Positions 47,206-58,096 are shown, counted from the first letter of the stretch. The stretch is DNA of 64,000 nucleotides from Gammaproteobacteria bacterium (GCA_035764205.1 DASTZQ010000007.1:3453-67452), one strand, 5' to 3'. A program made the numbers and translations. Notes: generated by a model from the letters alone, not told the origin.

Positions 47206-48033
47206 ATCCGTTCCATATTCACACATGAATCTCAGCCGGGGTTGCGCGCGCTGATATTAATCGCCTTGGCTATTACGCTAATGGTGCTTGATAAGCGCGT
47301 GCCTCAGTTTCGTGCCGTGCGTGAAGCCATGACCATTCCCATCACACCCATTCAAGCCATGGTCAGTTGGCCTACCGATTTAATCGACGAAGTGAAAAAT
47401 TTGCTCACGTCTCGCGATGCCTTGGTTCAAGACAACGACCAACTCAAAGCCAATCAATTACTCCTGCAAGCGCAATTGCAGCGCTTGGTGGCCATCGAAA
47501 ATGAAAATAATTATTTAAAAGCTTTATTGCAGTCTTCTAAGCAAGTGAAGGGGCGCACCCTCATTGCTGAATTATTAGCCGTCGATGTTGAGCCTTTTGT
47601 GAATCAGGTCATCATTGATAAAGGCAGGCAAGACGGTGTTTATTTGGGCCAGCCCGTGCTCGATGCTTACGGCATCATGGGTCAAATCATTCAATTGGGG
47701 CCTTATTCTAGCCGTGTATTACTGATCAACGACCCGCACAGCGGCATTGCGGTGCAAAATTCGAGAACGGGCATGCGCTCGGTTGCAGCCGGTGACAGCT
47801 ATTCTGGCAAGTTACGCATTCTTTACGTGCCTAAAACCGCCGATGTTGAAGTGGGTGATTTATTCCTCACCTCGGGCCTTGGTGATCGCTACCCCGAAGG
47901 CTTTCCGGTGGGCAAAGTGGTGAGTGTGAATAAAGACCCTGCGCATCAGTTTGCAGGCATCATGCTAGAGCCGAGCGCGCGTTTAGGCAGCAGTCGACAA
48001 GTCTTACTCATCTGGACACAGGGGAAACCATAA
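47206..48033 (+). CDS. mreC: Rod shape-determining protein MreC (start probably ATC 47206; track start TTG 47242)
   Basis: EN..L..LL, IIDKG..DGV..GQPV, F.TSGLG.RYPEG.PVG; between mreB and mreD. Confidence 0.95.
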   Translation: MRSIFTHESQPGLRALILIALAITLMVLDKRVPQFRAVREAMTIPITPIQAMVSWPTDLIDEVKNLLTSRDALVQDNDQLKANQLLLQAQLQRLVAIENENNYLKALLQSSKQVKGRTLIAELLAVDVEPFVNQVIIDKGRQDGVYLGQPVLDAYGIMGQIIQLGPYSSRVLLINDPHSGIAVQNSRTGMRSVAAGDSYSGKLRILYVPKTADVEVGDLFLTSGLGDRYPEGFPVGKVVSVNKDPAHQFAGIMLEPSARLGSSRQVLLIWTQGKP

Positions 48034-48036
48034 GGC

Positions 48037-48498
48037 ATGGGTATTTTAGCCACCTTGTTAATCGCCATGGCTTTGGCCATTCTCCCCATGCCTGCTTGGA
48101 CAATCTGGTTTAGGCCGGCTTGGGTCTTGATGGTCTTAATTTATTGGGGCATGAGCGTGCCACATCGGGTGAGCGTGGGCGTGGCTTGGTTCACGGGTTT
48201 GGTGGTTGATTTAATGTCAGGCACGGTGTTGGGCGAACACGCCTTGGCTTACACCGTGGTTGTTTATTTGGTTGGGCGTTTGCACATGCGTTTACGGCTT
48301 TACCCCTTAACGCAACAAGCGCTAACCGTTTTTATGTTAGTCTTATTATATCAACTCATTATTTACATTGTTCAAGGGTTTGTGGGTGAGGCGCCATCGC
48401 ATCACTTTTACTGGATGGCTTCTTTGTCTAGCATGTTGCTCTGGCCTTGGCTTTACATTATTTTGCGTGATTATCGCCGCTGGTTACGCATTGCTTAA
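48037..48498 (+). CDS. mreD: Rod shape-determining protein MreD
   Basis: RPAWV.MVLIYW, G.AW..GL..D...G..LG..AL, WPW. Confidence 0.95.
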   Translation: MGILATLLIAMALAILPMPAWTIWFRPAWVLMVLIYWGMSVPHRVSVGVAWFTGLVVDLMSGTVLGEHALAYTVVVYLVGRLHMRLRLYPLTQQALTVFMLVLLYQLIIYIVQGFVGEAPSHHFYWMASLSSMLLWPWLYIILRDYRRWLRIA

Positions 48499-51400
48499 TT
48501 GGGAGGGGTGCGGGTGAAACACATCGTATTCTCCATGACAAAAAAAACAGGTTATTTACTGTCAGTGTTGGTGATTCTTGCGGCCATCGCGATGGTCGTG
48601 TTAGGCATATTAACGCCTTATTTGAATTCGCGCCTGCCTAACATTGAAGCGTGGGCCAGTCAGCTGCTTGAGCTGCCGCTCACCATCGAAAGCGTGCACT
48701 TGTCTTGGTACAAATACGACCCTGAAATCACGCTAAACAAGGTTACCTTCTTAAGCCGAGATTCAAAAAAGCCCACCGTGCAAATTGAGGCGGTGCGAGT
48801 GTTTTTTTCATTACCTAAAAGTTTGTGGCAGCGTCAGTTGGTCTTAGACGGCGTGATGGTTAAAGGCGCCGATTTAATCGTCAAGCAAGATGCTAAAGGC
48901 GAATTTGTCGTGCAGGGGTTCCCGGCGATTGGTGGTTATCAAAATCAACCTTATGCCAGGGAATCCAAATTTACCGATGTGGTGACATGGCTCACCTTGC
49001 AACCACATTTATTTTTACAAGACATCGATCTTCGCTACACCGGCATGCACGGCCAAGAGCGTTATGTCACGCTTTATAATTTAAGTTTAAAAAATGAAGG
49101 GGAAAAGCACACCGTTTTAGGCAGTGCCATTTTACACCAAGCTTTGCCAACGAAAGTCACGCTTGCCATACAATGCGTGGGCAATGTGATGGACCCCGCT
49201 ACCTTAAATGCCCGCATTTATGCTTATGTGTCTGGCCTTGCTTTAAGCCAATGGTGGAAGGGCCTGAGCTATCAAGGTTGGCAGGTGAACGATGGTTTGG
49301 TGAGCGCCAAAACGTGGGCGGTTTGGAATCAGGGTGCGTGGCAGCGCGTGCAAAGCCAGTTGTTATTGTATGATGCGAATCTTTATTCCAACGCCGATCA
49401 TTCCGCCCACCCCATTGATCGCTTAAGCGCAACCGTGGGTTGGATGCAATCAGGCAACCAGCAAATCATTGCAGGCGATGATGTGCTCTTGGATTTACCT
49501 AAGCACCTTTGGCCGTCCACCAGTTTTTATGTTGCTTTAACGCCATCGGCGAATCAAACCTGGGTGCCAACGCGCATACGCACGGGTTACCTTAACGTGA
49601 GCGATGCCTTGAGTTTTGTTTTGTCGTCATCGGGCGGCTTGCCGCCATCGCTTCGTCAATTTATCACGCAAACTAAATTGCAAGGGGATGTGACGCAGTC
49701 TGATATCAGCTTAGCGGCTGCGCCAACGCTTCAAAACACCAAGCTTGCGATGGGCTTATCGCGCCTTCAATTCCAACCGTATCAAGCTTATCCTGGGGTG
49801 GATAACATCTCAGGTCAGCTCACTTGGGATGGTCAAGCTGGCCAATTGCACTTAAACAGTGAGCATGCCGTGCTCACTTTAAATGCTGTGTTTGCACAAC
49901 CCGTGAATATTGGCAAACTCGTGGGCGATGTCACCTGGCAGCAAGATGCTAATGCGCATTGGCAAATCACCATTCCGAATTTAGGCATCAGTAATGATGC
50001 CCTTGCTTTATCTTTCAATAAAAGCACGCTGATTTTCGATCAAGCCATGCCAACGGTGGATATTTCTGGCGACATCACGGTGGCAGCGGCTGAAAAAATT
50101 GCGCCTTATTTGCCTTTGCACGTGTTTAGCCCTAATTTAGGCCACTGGTTGAGCACGGCTTTTTTATCTGGCCAAGCGGAAGACGGGCATTTTGTGTTGC
50201 GCGGCAAAGTGGATGATTTTCCGTTTGATAAAAACAACGGTGAGTTTAGTGTCATCGCTAAAGTGAAAGGCGTGACCTTGCGTTACGCCGATGATTGGCC
50301 GCTGGTTGACAACATCAACGCATCACTGAGTTTTGCTGGCCGCAACATGACGGTGAAAGCGGATGAAGCGCACGTGCTTTCCATTCCGGTGTCCGGGGTG
50401 GAAGCGGTGATTCCTAATTTGGGCAGTGACGACCCTAACCTATTGCAAGTCACTAACATTCAAATCAACACCGATTTTTCCAAGGGCTTGGCCTTTGTTC
50501 AGCAAAGCCCCTTGCAAAAAACGATAGGCCGCTTGTTTAAAGATGTGGCGGTGAATGGCCCGATGACACTGCGTTTAAAATTAACCGTGCCACTTGATAA
50601 CCCTGATAACACGGTGGTGGATGGTCAAATTGGTTTATCTGAGGCGCGGCTCAACTTAGTGCCTTGGCGTTTGAACATTGATCATTTAAACGGCTTGGTG
50701 AATTTTTCTGAAAAATCGACAGATGCGAATGCCTTACAAGGCCAGTTGTTTGGCGAGCCCCTCACCTTATCTTTGGCGACCATTGCACCTTCTAAAGCCC
50801 CGGCTTACGTGCAAGCCAAGGTGGCAACGCATTGCCGTTTGTCTGACTTGGAAGATTGGCTGCACGTGCCGGTTTCGCAATTCGCAACAGGCAGCACGGA
50901 TTTAACCGCGACACTAAATTTAGGCTTCGACCAACCAGTGCAAGTGAATTTACAAAGTGATTTGCAAGGGGTTGCCATTAAATTGCCAGCACCTTACGGT
51001 AAGCCAGCAAACACCGCCGTGCCATTTTCAGCGGATTTAACCATACAAGACAATCAACCTTTAAAAGCGAAAGTGTCTTACGGTCAGTTGGTGCAAGCGG
51101 CGCTTTTTCTACAAGCTAAAAATGATCGTTTTGATTTAACCGCAGCGAATGTGATGCTGGGTCAAGGCAACCCGGATTGGCCAAGTGGAAAAGGCCTGAG
51201 CATCACCGCAAATTTCGACACCCTGGATTGGGACACCATTAAAGCTTATCAAGCACAAATGAGCGGTGGCAGTGTTTCTTCGGTGTTGCCACTGAAAAGT
51301 GTGAATATTAACGCGAAGAAAATTGCTTTATTGAGCCAAACCATGACGGCGGCTTCCATTAGTGCGGTGCCAATGGCGTCGTTTTGGAATGTCACGATCA

Positions 51401-52368
51401 AGAGCAACCAATTATCAGGCGCTTTGAAAGTGCCGATGAATTTAACATCGCGTTCAGAAATCACGGCTAACCTTGATTATGTTAATTTACAAACGAGCTC
51501 AACCAGTCAGGTGGACACTTTAAGTGCGCGTGACATTCCATCACTTTCCATCAGTGCGGCCAATGTGGCTTGGAATGGCATGCAATTGGGTGCTGTGTCT
51601 TTGCAGACAGCGCCAACGGCTTCGGGCATGGCCATCAAGCAGCTGCAGTTGCGCGCGAATGGCGTTAGCATGGATAGTGCCGGCAGTTGGGTGCAGTCGG
51701 GCTCAAGAAGCACCACGCAACTTGATGGCTCAATCACCGCCACATCGCTTAGCACTTGGCTTGCGCAATTGGGTGTGGATGCACACAATTTAGTGGCCAC
51801 TAAAGGCCAGGCAAAATTTAATTTGCAGTGGCGAGCCGCTCCTTCTGATTTATCGTTAAAAGCCTTAAATGGGAGCGTAAACATTACGCTTGGTCCAGGT
51901 CGCATTGTGGATGTGGGTGACACCAGTGGCGCTAAAATGGATTTCGGTAAAATGCTTAGCATTTTCAGTTTGCAAACCATTCCTCGTCGCCTCAGCTTAG
52001 ATTTCAGTGACGTGTTTCAAAAAGGGTATAGCTTTGATTCGTTCAAAGGCGATTTTAATTTCGTGAATGGCAATGCGGTGACTAAAAACACGCGTTTTGA
52101 TGGCCCGGTTGCGCGCGTTGAAATTAATGGCGCCATTGGTTTGGCTGCAAAAACCTATGATTTCACCTTGAGTGTGACGCCTTATGTCACTTCCAGCATC
52201 CCGGTTGCTGCGGCCATTATTTCTGGGCCGGTGGCGGGCATTGCGGCTTTGGCGGTGAATAAAATCATTAGTTCACAAGTGGCGAAAGTCACCACTTATT
52301 ATTACGCAGTGGGCGGGTCTTGGAGTAATCCAACGTGGGCGGAAGTTAAAACTCAACCCGCCACTTAG
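48499..52368 (+). CDS. yhdP: YhdP (TIGR02099) AsmA-like lipid-transfer protein
   Basis: About 1290 aa beta-rich protein after mreD; C-terminal IPRRLSLDFSDVF.KG.SFD. Confidence 0.92.
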   Translation: MGGVRVKHIVFSMTKKTGYLLSVLVILAAIAMVVLGILTPYLNSRLPNIEAWASQLLELPLTIESVHLSWYKYDPEITLNKVTFLSRDSKKPTVQIEAVRVFFSLPKSLWQRQLVLDGVMVKGADLIVKQDAKGEFVVQGFPAIGGYQNQPYARESKFTDVVTWLTLQPHLFLQDIDLRYTGMHGQERYVTLYNLSLKNEGEKHTVLGSAILHQALPTKVTLAIQCVGNVMDPATLNARIYAYVSGLALSQWWKGLSYQGWQVNDGLVSAKTWAVWNQGAWQRVQSQLLLYDANLYSNADHSAHPIDRLSATVGWMQSGNQQIIAGDDVLLDLPKHLWPSTSFYVALTPSANQTWVPTRIRTGYLNVSDALSFVLSSSGGLPPSLRQFITQTKLQGDVTQSDISLAAAPTLQNTKLAMGLSRLQFQPYQAYPGVDNISGQLTWDGQAGQLHLNSEHAVLTLNAVFAQPVNIGKLVGDVTWQQDANAHWQITIPNLGISNDALALSFNKSTLIFDQAMPTVDISGDITVAAAEKIAPYLPLHVFSPNLGHWLSTAFLSGQAEDGHFVLRGKVDDFPFDKNNGEFSVIAKVKGVTLRYADDWPLVDNINASLSFAGRNMTVKADEAHVLSIPVSGVEAVIPNLGSDDPNLLQVTNIQINTDFSKGLAFVQQSPLQKTIGRLFKDVAVNGPMTLRLKLTVPLDNPDNTVVDGQIGLSEARLNLVPWRLNIDHLNGLVNFSEKSTDANALQGQLFGEPLTLSLATIAPSKAPAYVQAKVATHCRLSDLEDWLHVPVSQFATGSTDLTATLNLGFDQPVQVNLQSDLQGVAIKLPAPYGKPANTAVPFSADLTIQDNQPLKAKVSYGQLVQAALFLQAKNDRFDLTAANVMLGQGNPDWPSGKGLSITANFDTLDWDTIKAYQAQMSGGSVSSVLPLKSVNINAKKIALLSQTMTAASISAVPMASFWNVTIKSNQLSGALKVPMNLTSRSEITANLDYVNLQTSSTSQVDTLSARDIPSLSISAANVAWNGMQLGAVSLQTAPTASGMAIKQLQLRANGVSMDSAGSWVQSGSRSTTQLDGSITATSLSTWLAQLGVDAHNLVATKGQAKFNLQWRAAPSDLSLKALNGSVNITLGPGRIVDVGDTSGAKMDFGKMLSIFSLQTIPRRLSLDFSDVFQKGYSFDSFKGDFNFVNGNAVTKNTRFDGPVARVEINGAIGLAAKTYDFTLSVTPYVTSSIPVAAAIISGPVAGIAALAVNKIISSQVAKVTTYYYAVGGSWSNPTWAEVKTQPAT

Positions 52369-53381
52369 CGGAGGCGAAAACTTCTACTTTCGATGTGGAT
52401 GTCGGGGCGTCTTTCGAGAGACTCTTGAAAGAGTTTCATGGGGTTGCGTCGAGAGGCTTGAATGTTGGTTTCCACACACCCTTTCTTTGTTTTTTCTTCT
52501 TTTTTGGGCGCAATGGTTTCTGTTGGTTTGCAGTACATGGCTTCAAATAATTTCATTCTCTTTTCTTTTGCTTCCGGGGTGTTGTCTGCTTCGCTGATCA
52601 CCACGCTTGTTTTGGCTTCGACGGCTTTGGGTGGGCTCACTTTATTTTTGATGAAAGAGAAAAGGTGTTTAAATGGGTTCATGTTATGGCTGTCAGCTAA
52701 GGCGTATATAGCAGAGCCAATTAGCAAGCCTGCACCTACAGGCATTAATGGAGAGAATAATAAAATGGTACCGGTCAGTGAGATGGCTGACATGATGAGC
52801 GTTTCTAATTTGAAAAAAATACGTATTCGTGCTTCTGATTTTTCTGTGATGGGCGCATCTTTCGGCATCGTGAAATACTGCAGGAGTGATTTCCCGAATT
52901 TGATAAGGCGGTTTAGTGTATCCACTGCACAGGAGGCGATGGTAAAGGGAACGGCTAAAGTTGCAACAAACATGCTTGCTAGCCCTAGTGCAATCGCTGA
53001 AATGCCTGTGGTGGTCAGCCAAATGCGTTGGCTGTAAACACCAATAGGGCCGAGGTTACCATTTTTTTTGTTATCGGTTTGCTTGATTACCAGTGAGCGT
53101 ATTGCTCGGAAGATGCCGTTTAATACGTTTAAAAAAACGCTAATCCAGGGGATGCTATTTAGGGCGTGCATTAAAAAATTAATGCTGATGTGAAGAATGG
53201 GTTGGATGCCTGCAACGAGATTGGATAAGTTGGTGAGGGTGTTATCCGTGTAGTTAAGGAGGTTGTTGATGGGTTCTGCAGACTCAGCCATAGCCCTTCT
53301 TTGGGTTTGTTTCTCTTTGAGATTCAGCCCCCACCGAATGAGTTTCTCGTCTTTGAATGTGTTTTTTTCTCTTGTTTTCAT
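52365..53381 (-). CDS. Membrane hypothetical protein (effector-like)
   Basis: AT-rich ORF with TM hairpins and a charged tail, lying between core genes; PmrA-like box upstream. Confidence 0.75.
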   Translation of the reverse strand: MKTREKNTFKDEKLIRWGLNLKEKQTQRRAMAESAEPINNLLNYTDNTLTNLSNLVAGIQPILHISINFLMHALNSIPWISVFLNVLNGIFRAIRSLVIKQTDNKKNGNLGPIGVYSQRIWLTTTGISAIALGLASMFVATLAVPFTIASCAVDTLNRLIKFGKSLLQYFTMPKDAPITEKSEARIRIFFKLETLIMSAISLTGTILLFSPLMPVGAGLLIGSAIYALADSHNMNPFKHLFSFIKNKVSPPKAVEAKTSVVISEADNTPEAKEKRMKLFEAMYCKPTETIAPKKEEKTKKGCVETNIQASRRNPMKLFQESLERRPDIHIESRSFRLR

Positions 53382-53412
53382 TTTATATTCTTATACTTTA
53401 GCTATATTTTTT

Positions 53413-53445
53413 ATTATATACAAGAATTCTGAAGGTTTTCTTAAG
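53413..53445 (-). promoter_or_regulatory. Degenerate PmrA-type box plus perfect -10
   Basis: Minus strand cTTAA-GA-AA-AC-cTTCA, 11 nt, TATAAT; overlaps the rnfB stop codon. Confidence 0.5.
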
Positions 53446-54016
53446 GCGCGCTTTTTTTTGCCTTGGCGCGGGCGAGGGCGGCCATGAGTTGTTGTTTTTT
53501 GTCGTTCAGAGGGGTGATTTGGTTATTTTTTGGACTATTCTTCGCGATTCTGGCGTTTCGGGTGTGTAAGCGGTCTCGCCTTTCATTGATTTTTTCAGGT
53601 GAAGGCGCGGGCGTTTCGAGCAGGCTGATGCAATCCACAGGGCAAGGCGGGATGCAAAGCTCGCACCCGGTGCAGGCATCGGTGATGATGGTGTGCATGA
53701 GTTTGGCGCTGCCCACGATGGCGTCCACCGGGCAGGCTTGTATGCATTTGGTGCAGCCTATGCATTCCGCTTCGCGAATGACAGCCACGCGCGGCGGAAT
53801 GGCCTTGGCTTGCATGTCGGCCACATAGAGTGAAGAAGGCAAACCCAGGCAGTCTCCCAGGGCTTGTAGCGTGTCGACGCCGCCCGGTGGGCAGAGGTTG
53901 ATGGTGGCCTCACCCTCGGCCAAAGCCGTGGCATAAGGCAGGCACCCGCCGTAGCCACACAACCCGCATTGGGTTTGTGGCAAGAGGGCATCTATTTGTG
54001 CGGGCGTGGGGCGCAT
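53441..54016 (-). CDS. rnfB: RnfB/RsxB-like Fe-S protein
   Basis: [54 protein letters not shown]. Confidence 0.92.
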   Translation of the reverse strand: MRPTPAQIDALLPQTQCGLCGYGGCLPYATALAEGEATINLCPPGGVDTLQALGDCLGLPSSLYVADMQAKAIPPRVAVIREAECIGCTKCIQACPVDAIVGSAKLMHTIITDACTGCELCIPPCPVDCISLLETPAPSPEKINERRDRLHTRNARIAKNSPKNNQITPLNDKKQQLMAALARAKAKKSAP

Positions 54017-55689
54017 TATTTAACCGTGGAAGCTTCAATGTCAGCGATAGCCGCCGCTTTTAAGGCGGTGATTTGGTTGGGGTCTATGCGTGTCATGAGT
54101 GGCTGATATTCATGAATGCGGTGATTCACTAAAGGCTTGTCTTTATCAGCCCACAAGAGCGGTGAAATATTTAAAAAGCGCTCAACACCTTCAGCGGTTT
54201 TTGGCAGCACCGGTTTTAAATAAAGCGTTAACCATCGGAATAAGTTCAGTGCGGTTGAACAAATGGCAACCACCTCATCGTGTTTGCTCGGGTCTTTTGC
54301 GAGCGTCCACGGTTTTTTTTCATCGATGTATTGATTAGCGAGATCAGCAAGCCCCATGATTTGTCGTATTGCTTGGCTGTCATCGATTTGATTAAACTTT
54401 TCAGCAATGTCGTCGCCGGTTTTCATGAAGTGTTCGTAGAGTGCGGGTTCGGTGATGGTTTTAGCGAGTTTACCTTCCCCAAATTTATGGATGAAAGGCG
54501 AAGTGCGGCTTGCAATGTTGATGTATTTGCCGATTAAATCTGCGTTCACGCGTTGTGTGAAATCGTCGAAATTTAAATCGAGGTCGTCGGTGCCATCGCT
54601 TAATTTCGCGGCAAAATAATAGCGTAAATATTCGGGGTTGCAAAAATCAAGGAAGGTGCGCGCTTTAATAAAAGTGCCGCGTGATTTCGACATTTTCTGG
54701 CCGTCAATCGTTAAAAAGCCATTCGCAAAAATAGCGCTCGGGGTTCTAAAGCCCGCGCCGTGTAACACGGCAGGCCAAAACAAAGCGTGAAAATAGACAA
54801 TGTCTTTGCCGATGAAATGATAGAGTTCAGTGTTGCTGTCGGCCTTCCAGTAGTCGTCAAAGTTAAGGTCTTTGCGTTGTTCGCATAAGTGTTTAAACGC
54901 AGCCATGTAACCGACAGGTGCATCTAGCCACACGTAAAAATATTTTTCATCGGTACCGGGAATTTTAAAACCGAAGTAAGGGGCATCGCGAGAAATGTCC
55001 CAGGGTTTTAAACCGGATTCAAACCATTCGCCGAGTTTGTTAGCGACTTCGGTTTGCAAATGCCCGTGTTTGGTCCAGGTTTTCAAGAAGGCTTCAAAGC
55101 GCGGTAAATCAAAGAAATAATGCTCAGATTCTTTTTCGATGGGGGGTGTGCCGGACAAGGTGGAGTATGGGTTTTTTAATTCAGCGGGTGTGTAAGCGGC
55201 GCTGCACACTTCGCAATTGTCGCCGTATTGGTCTTTGGCGCCGCATTTCGGGCATTCGCCTTTGATGTAGCGGTCGGGCAAGAACATGTTTTTAACGGGG
55301 TCGTAAGCTTGTTGTATGGTGTGTTTGCTGATGTTGCCCGCTGCTTGGTGGCGTTCGTAAAGGGTTTCAACCAGTTGTTGGTTTTCGGGGGAGTGCGTGG
55401 TGTAATATTCATCGAAGCTGATGAGGAAGTCGTTGAAATCGGTTTCGTGACGTTGTTGCATGTCAGCGACGAGCGCATCAGGGGTCATGCCTAATTTTTC
55501 AGCTTGAATCATGATGGGCGTGCCGTGGCTGTCGCTGCCGCAAATGTAGGTGCAGTGTTGCCCTTGCATGCGTTGCAAGCGCACCCAAATGTCGGCTTGA
55601 ATATAGCCGACCATGTGGCCTAGGTGTAGCGGGCCGTTGGCGTAAGGTAGGGCGTTAGTGACCAGAATGTTTCGTTTGGCAGCCGTCAT
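54016..55689 (-). CDS. metG: Methionine--tRNA ligase
   Basis: ALPYANG.LHLGH (HIGH), zinc-knuckle cysteines, KMSKS; start moved to MTAAKRN. Confidence 0.98.
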   Translation of the reverse strand: MTAAKRNILVTNALPYANGPLHLGHMVGYIQADIWVRLQRMQGQHCTYICGSDSHGTPIMIQAEKLGMTPDALVADMQQRHETDFNDFLISFDEYYTTHSPENQQLVETLYERHQAAGNISKHTIQQAYDPVKNMFLPDRYIKGECPKCGAKDQYGDNCEVCSAAYTPAELKNPYSTLSGTPPIEKESEHYFFDLPRFEAFLKTWTKHGHLQTEVANKLGEWFESGLKPWDISRDAPYFGFKIPGTDEKYFYVWLDAPVGYMAAFKHLCEQRKDLNFDDYWKADSNTELYHFIGKDIVYFHALFWPAVLHGAGFRTPSAIFANGFLTIDGQKMSKSRGTFIKARTFLDFCNPEYLRYYFAAKLSDGTDDLDLNFDDFTQRVNADLIGKYINIASRTSPFIHKFGEGKLAKTITEPALYEHFMKTGDDIAEKFNQIDDSQAIRQIMGLADLANQYIDEKKPWTLAKDPSKHDEVVAICSTALNLFRWLTLYLKPVLPKTAEGVERFLNISPLLWADKDKPLVNHRIHEYQPLMTRIDPNQITALKAAAIADIEASTVK

Positions 55690-55770
55690 GAAGCAAGTTC
55701 CTTGTTTAGCGATGCGCAATTGTTAAAAAGTGGTAAAGTATACCAAAATCCCGCCCTTGAGGAGAGTCTT

Positions 55771-56853
55771 GTGTTGCAAAAAACGATAGAAAGCCGGCTT
55801 GATCAATTTATAGACCCTTGGTTGATGGTCTCCCTGGCGGAAGCCAAATTAACCCGGCGTGTCACGGCCTCCCAAGACCGCATCCAAGTCGACCTTCAGC
55901 TCGGTTACCCCCACGTGGCGCGTGAAATGGACCTGGTCGAGGCCATCAAGCGCTGGTTATTGCCGGTCGCTGAGGGGCGTGAAGTGGCCGTTTTGCTCAG
56001 CACCCGCATTCGTCCGCACGCAGGCAAGCTCGGCCTTCCTGCCCTGCCTCAGGTCAAAAATATCATTGCCGTGGCTTCAGGCAAGGGTGGGGTGGGTAAA
56101 TCCACGGTGTCGGTGAATATGGCCCTGGCGCTTGCTAAAGCCGGTGCCAAGGTGGGCTTGTTAGACGCCGATATTTACGGCCCCAGCCAGCCCTTGATGT
56201 TTAATGCCGTTGGCAGCAAGCCCAAAGTGAAAGACAAAACCTTTATGCCTGTCGTGAGTCACGGCATACAAACCATTTCCATGGGTTATTTGATAGAAGA
56301 AGGCACCGCCATGGTGTGGCGCGGCCCCATGATAGGCAAGGCCTTGCAGCAACTCATGTTTGACACTGCCTGGGATGCGCTCGATTACCTCATTGTGGAT
56401 TTGCCGCCAGGTACGGGCGATATTCAACTCACCCTGTGTCAAAAAATGCCTTTGGCCGGCGCCATTATTGTGACCACGCCGCAAGACGTGGCTTTGTCTG
56501 ATGTGAGGCGCGCGTGTGAAATGTTCACCAAATTAAACGTGCCCATGTTGGGTGTGGTTGAAAACATGAGTGTGTTTCATTGCACGCAATGCGGCCATGC
56601 CGAGCATTTGTTTGGCGAGGGCGGCGGCGTTAAATTGAGCGAAGATTTTAATCTACCATTGCTAGCGAGCATTCCGCTTGCGCGTTCCATCCGTGAAATG
56701 ACGGATGCCGGTCAGCCGCCAGTGTTGCAAGCCCCTGATAGCGCTTACGCTAAGGCTTTTGATGAGGCGGCTTATAAAGCGGTCGCTTGGCTCTCTTTAC
56801 AGCCTGAAGATTATTCTTCAAAATTCCCCAATATTGTTGTTACCCCTCGCTAA
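55771..56853 (+). CDS. apbC: Fe-S cluster carrier ApbC/Mrp
   Basis: SGKGGVGKST, DADIYGPS, WRGPM, DLPPGTGD, ENMS..C..C; GTG start after GAGGAG. Confidence 0.96.
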   Translation: MLQKTIESRLDQFIDPWLMVSLAEAKLTRRVTASQDRIQVDLQLGYPHVAREMDLVEAIKRWLLPVAEGREVAVLLSTRIRPHAGKLGLPALPQVKNIIAVASGKGGVGKSTVSVNMALALAKAGAKVGLLDADIYGPSQPLMFNAVGSKPKVKDKTFMPVVSHGIQTISMGYLIEEGTAMVWRGPMIGKALQQLMFDTAWDALDYLIVDLPPGTGDIQLTLCQKMPLAGAIIVTTPQDVALSDVRRACEMFTKLNVPMLGVVENMSVFHCTQCGHAEHLFGEGGGVKLSEDFNLPLLASIPLARSIREMTDAGQPPVLQAPDSAYAKAFDEAAYKAVAWLSLQPEDYSSKFPNIVVTPR

Positions 56854-56862
56854 GGAGTCAGT

Positions 56863-57429
56863 ATGAGCATTAAGTCAGATAAATGGATACGTCGCATGGC
56901 CGCCGAGCATCAAATGATAGACCCTTTTGTGCCTGGCCAGGTGAGGGAAGGGGCGAGTGGCAAAGCGGTGTCTCATGGCACGTCAAGCTATGGTTACGAT
57001 ATTCGCTGCGCGCCGGAATTTAAAATTTTCACTAACATTAATTCAGCGGTGGTCGACCCTAAACATTTTTCACCCGATAGTTTTGTGGATGTGAATTCAG
57101 ATGTTTGCATTATTCCACCCAATTCATTCGCGCTTGCTCGTAGCGTTGAATATTTTCGCATCCCGCGCAATGTGTTGGTCATTTGTTTAGGTAAATCCAC
57201 TTATGCGCGCTGCGGCATCATTGTGAATGTCACCCCGCTTGAGCCTGAGTGGGAAGGTCACATTACCCTTGAGTTTTCGAACACCACCACCTTGCCAGCG
57301 AAAATTTACGCGAATGAAGGGGTGGCGCAGTTGTTGTTTTTAGAATCGGATGAAATGTGCGAAACCTCATACCGCGATCGTGCTGGGAAATATCAAGGTC
57401 AGCGAGGGGTGACGTTGCCGATTACTTAA
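56863..57429 (+). CDS. dcd: dCTP deaminase
   Basis: [37 protein letters not shown]. Confidence 0.98.
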   Translation: MSIKSDKWIRRMAAEHQMIDPFVPGQVREGASGKAVSHGTSSYGYDIRCAPEFKIFTNINSAVVDPKHFSPDSFVDVNSDVCIIPPNSFALARSVEYFRIPRNVLVICLGKSTYARCGIIVNVTPLEPEWEGHITLEFSNTTTLPAKIYANEGVAQLLFLESDEMCETSYRDRAGKYQGQRGVTLPIT

Positions 57430-57450
57430 TTTACAACGGGTTGCGATAGA

Positions 57451-57490
57451 TTGCATTCTTTCGCAACCCTGCTATAATACAACGTATACG
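57451..57490 (+). promoter_or_regulatory. Promoter/operator of the RHH-ParE TA operon
   Basis: TTGCAT-16-TATAAT followed by palindrome CGTATACG; the -35 lies inside a GGGTTGCGA/TCGCAACCC inverted repeat. Confidence 0.55.
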
Positions 57491-57513
57491 ATGAATACGA
57501 AAAGGGGGTTGTT

Positions 57514-57801
57514 ATGTCCCATGCCTTACCTGCGGCGGCTGTCACACTCAGTGTGCGAGTGACGCCTAAAGCAAAAAACCAGCTTGATGACCTTGCGGAA
57601 GCAACGGGTCGTACCAAATCTTATTTGGCGTCTGAGGCGATAGAGCAATACCTTGAAAATCAATCATGGCAAATTGCTGCCATTGAAAAATCGTTGAAAA
57701 AAGCGAAAGATAAGACCAAATTTATTGATCATGACACCGTTACTGATTGGTTAAATTCATGGGGTGACGATCAGGAACGGAAGCCGCCTAAATGCAAATA
57801 A
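57514..57801 (+). CDS. CopG/RHH antitoxin
   Basis: TLSVRV...L..LAEATGRTKSYLA.EAIEQYL; acidic C-terminus. Confidence 0.88.
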   Translation: MSHALPAAAVTLSVRVTPKAKNQLDDLAEATGRTKSYLASEAIEQYLENQSWQIAAIEKSLKKAKDKTKFIDHDTVTDWLNSWGDDQERKPPKCK

Positions 57802-58070
57802 GATGGTTGGAAGATGCTGTTAATGATCTTGTTTCTCTTCGGCAGTACATTGCAAACAATAACCCTCGAGCGGCTCACCGCATTGCTAATAAAATATTAA
57901 GCAGTGTTGATCACCTTTCCTTGCACCCAGGCTTAGGGCGATCGGGGCGAGTACCTGGCACGCGCGAGTTAATTATTCCCTCAACGCCTTTCTTGATTCC
58001 GTATCGGGTTGCACAAGATACCGTGGAAATACTCCGTGTGTTGCATGTTGCGATGGAGTGGCGGGTGTAA
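57792..58070 (+). CDS. RelE/ParE family toxin
   Basis: I.W...A..DL..L..YI, P..GR.GRV.GTREL, Y.I.YRV, VEILRVLH. Confidence 0.92.
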   Translation: MQIRWLEDAVNDLVSLRQYIANNNPRAAHRIANKILSSVDHLSLHPGLGRSGRVPGTRELIIPSTPFLIPYRVAQDTVEILRVLHVAMEWRV

Positions 58071-58096
58071 GCCAGGGCGGGAAGAAGCGCATCAAA

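Noticed and set aside
54016-55689. MetRS lacking the C-terminal tRNA-binding/dimerisation domain
   Set aside because: Short monomeric MetRS forms are common; not a truncation or a novelty.
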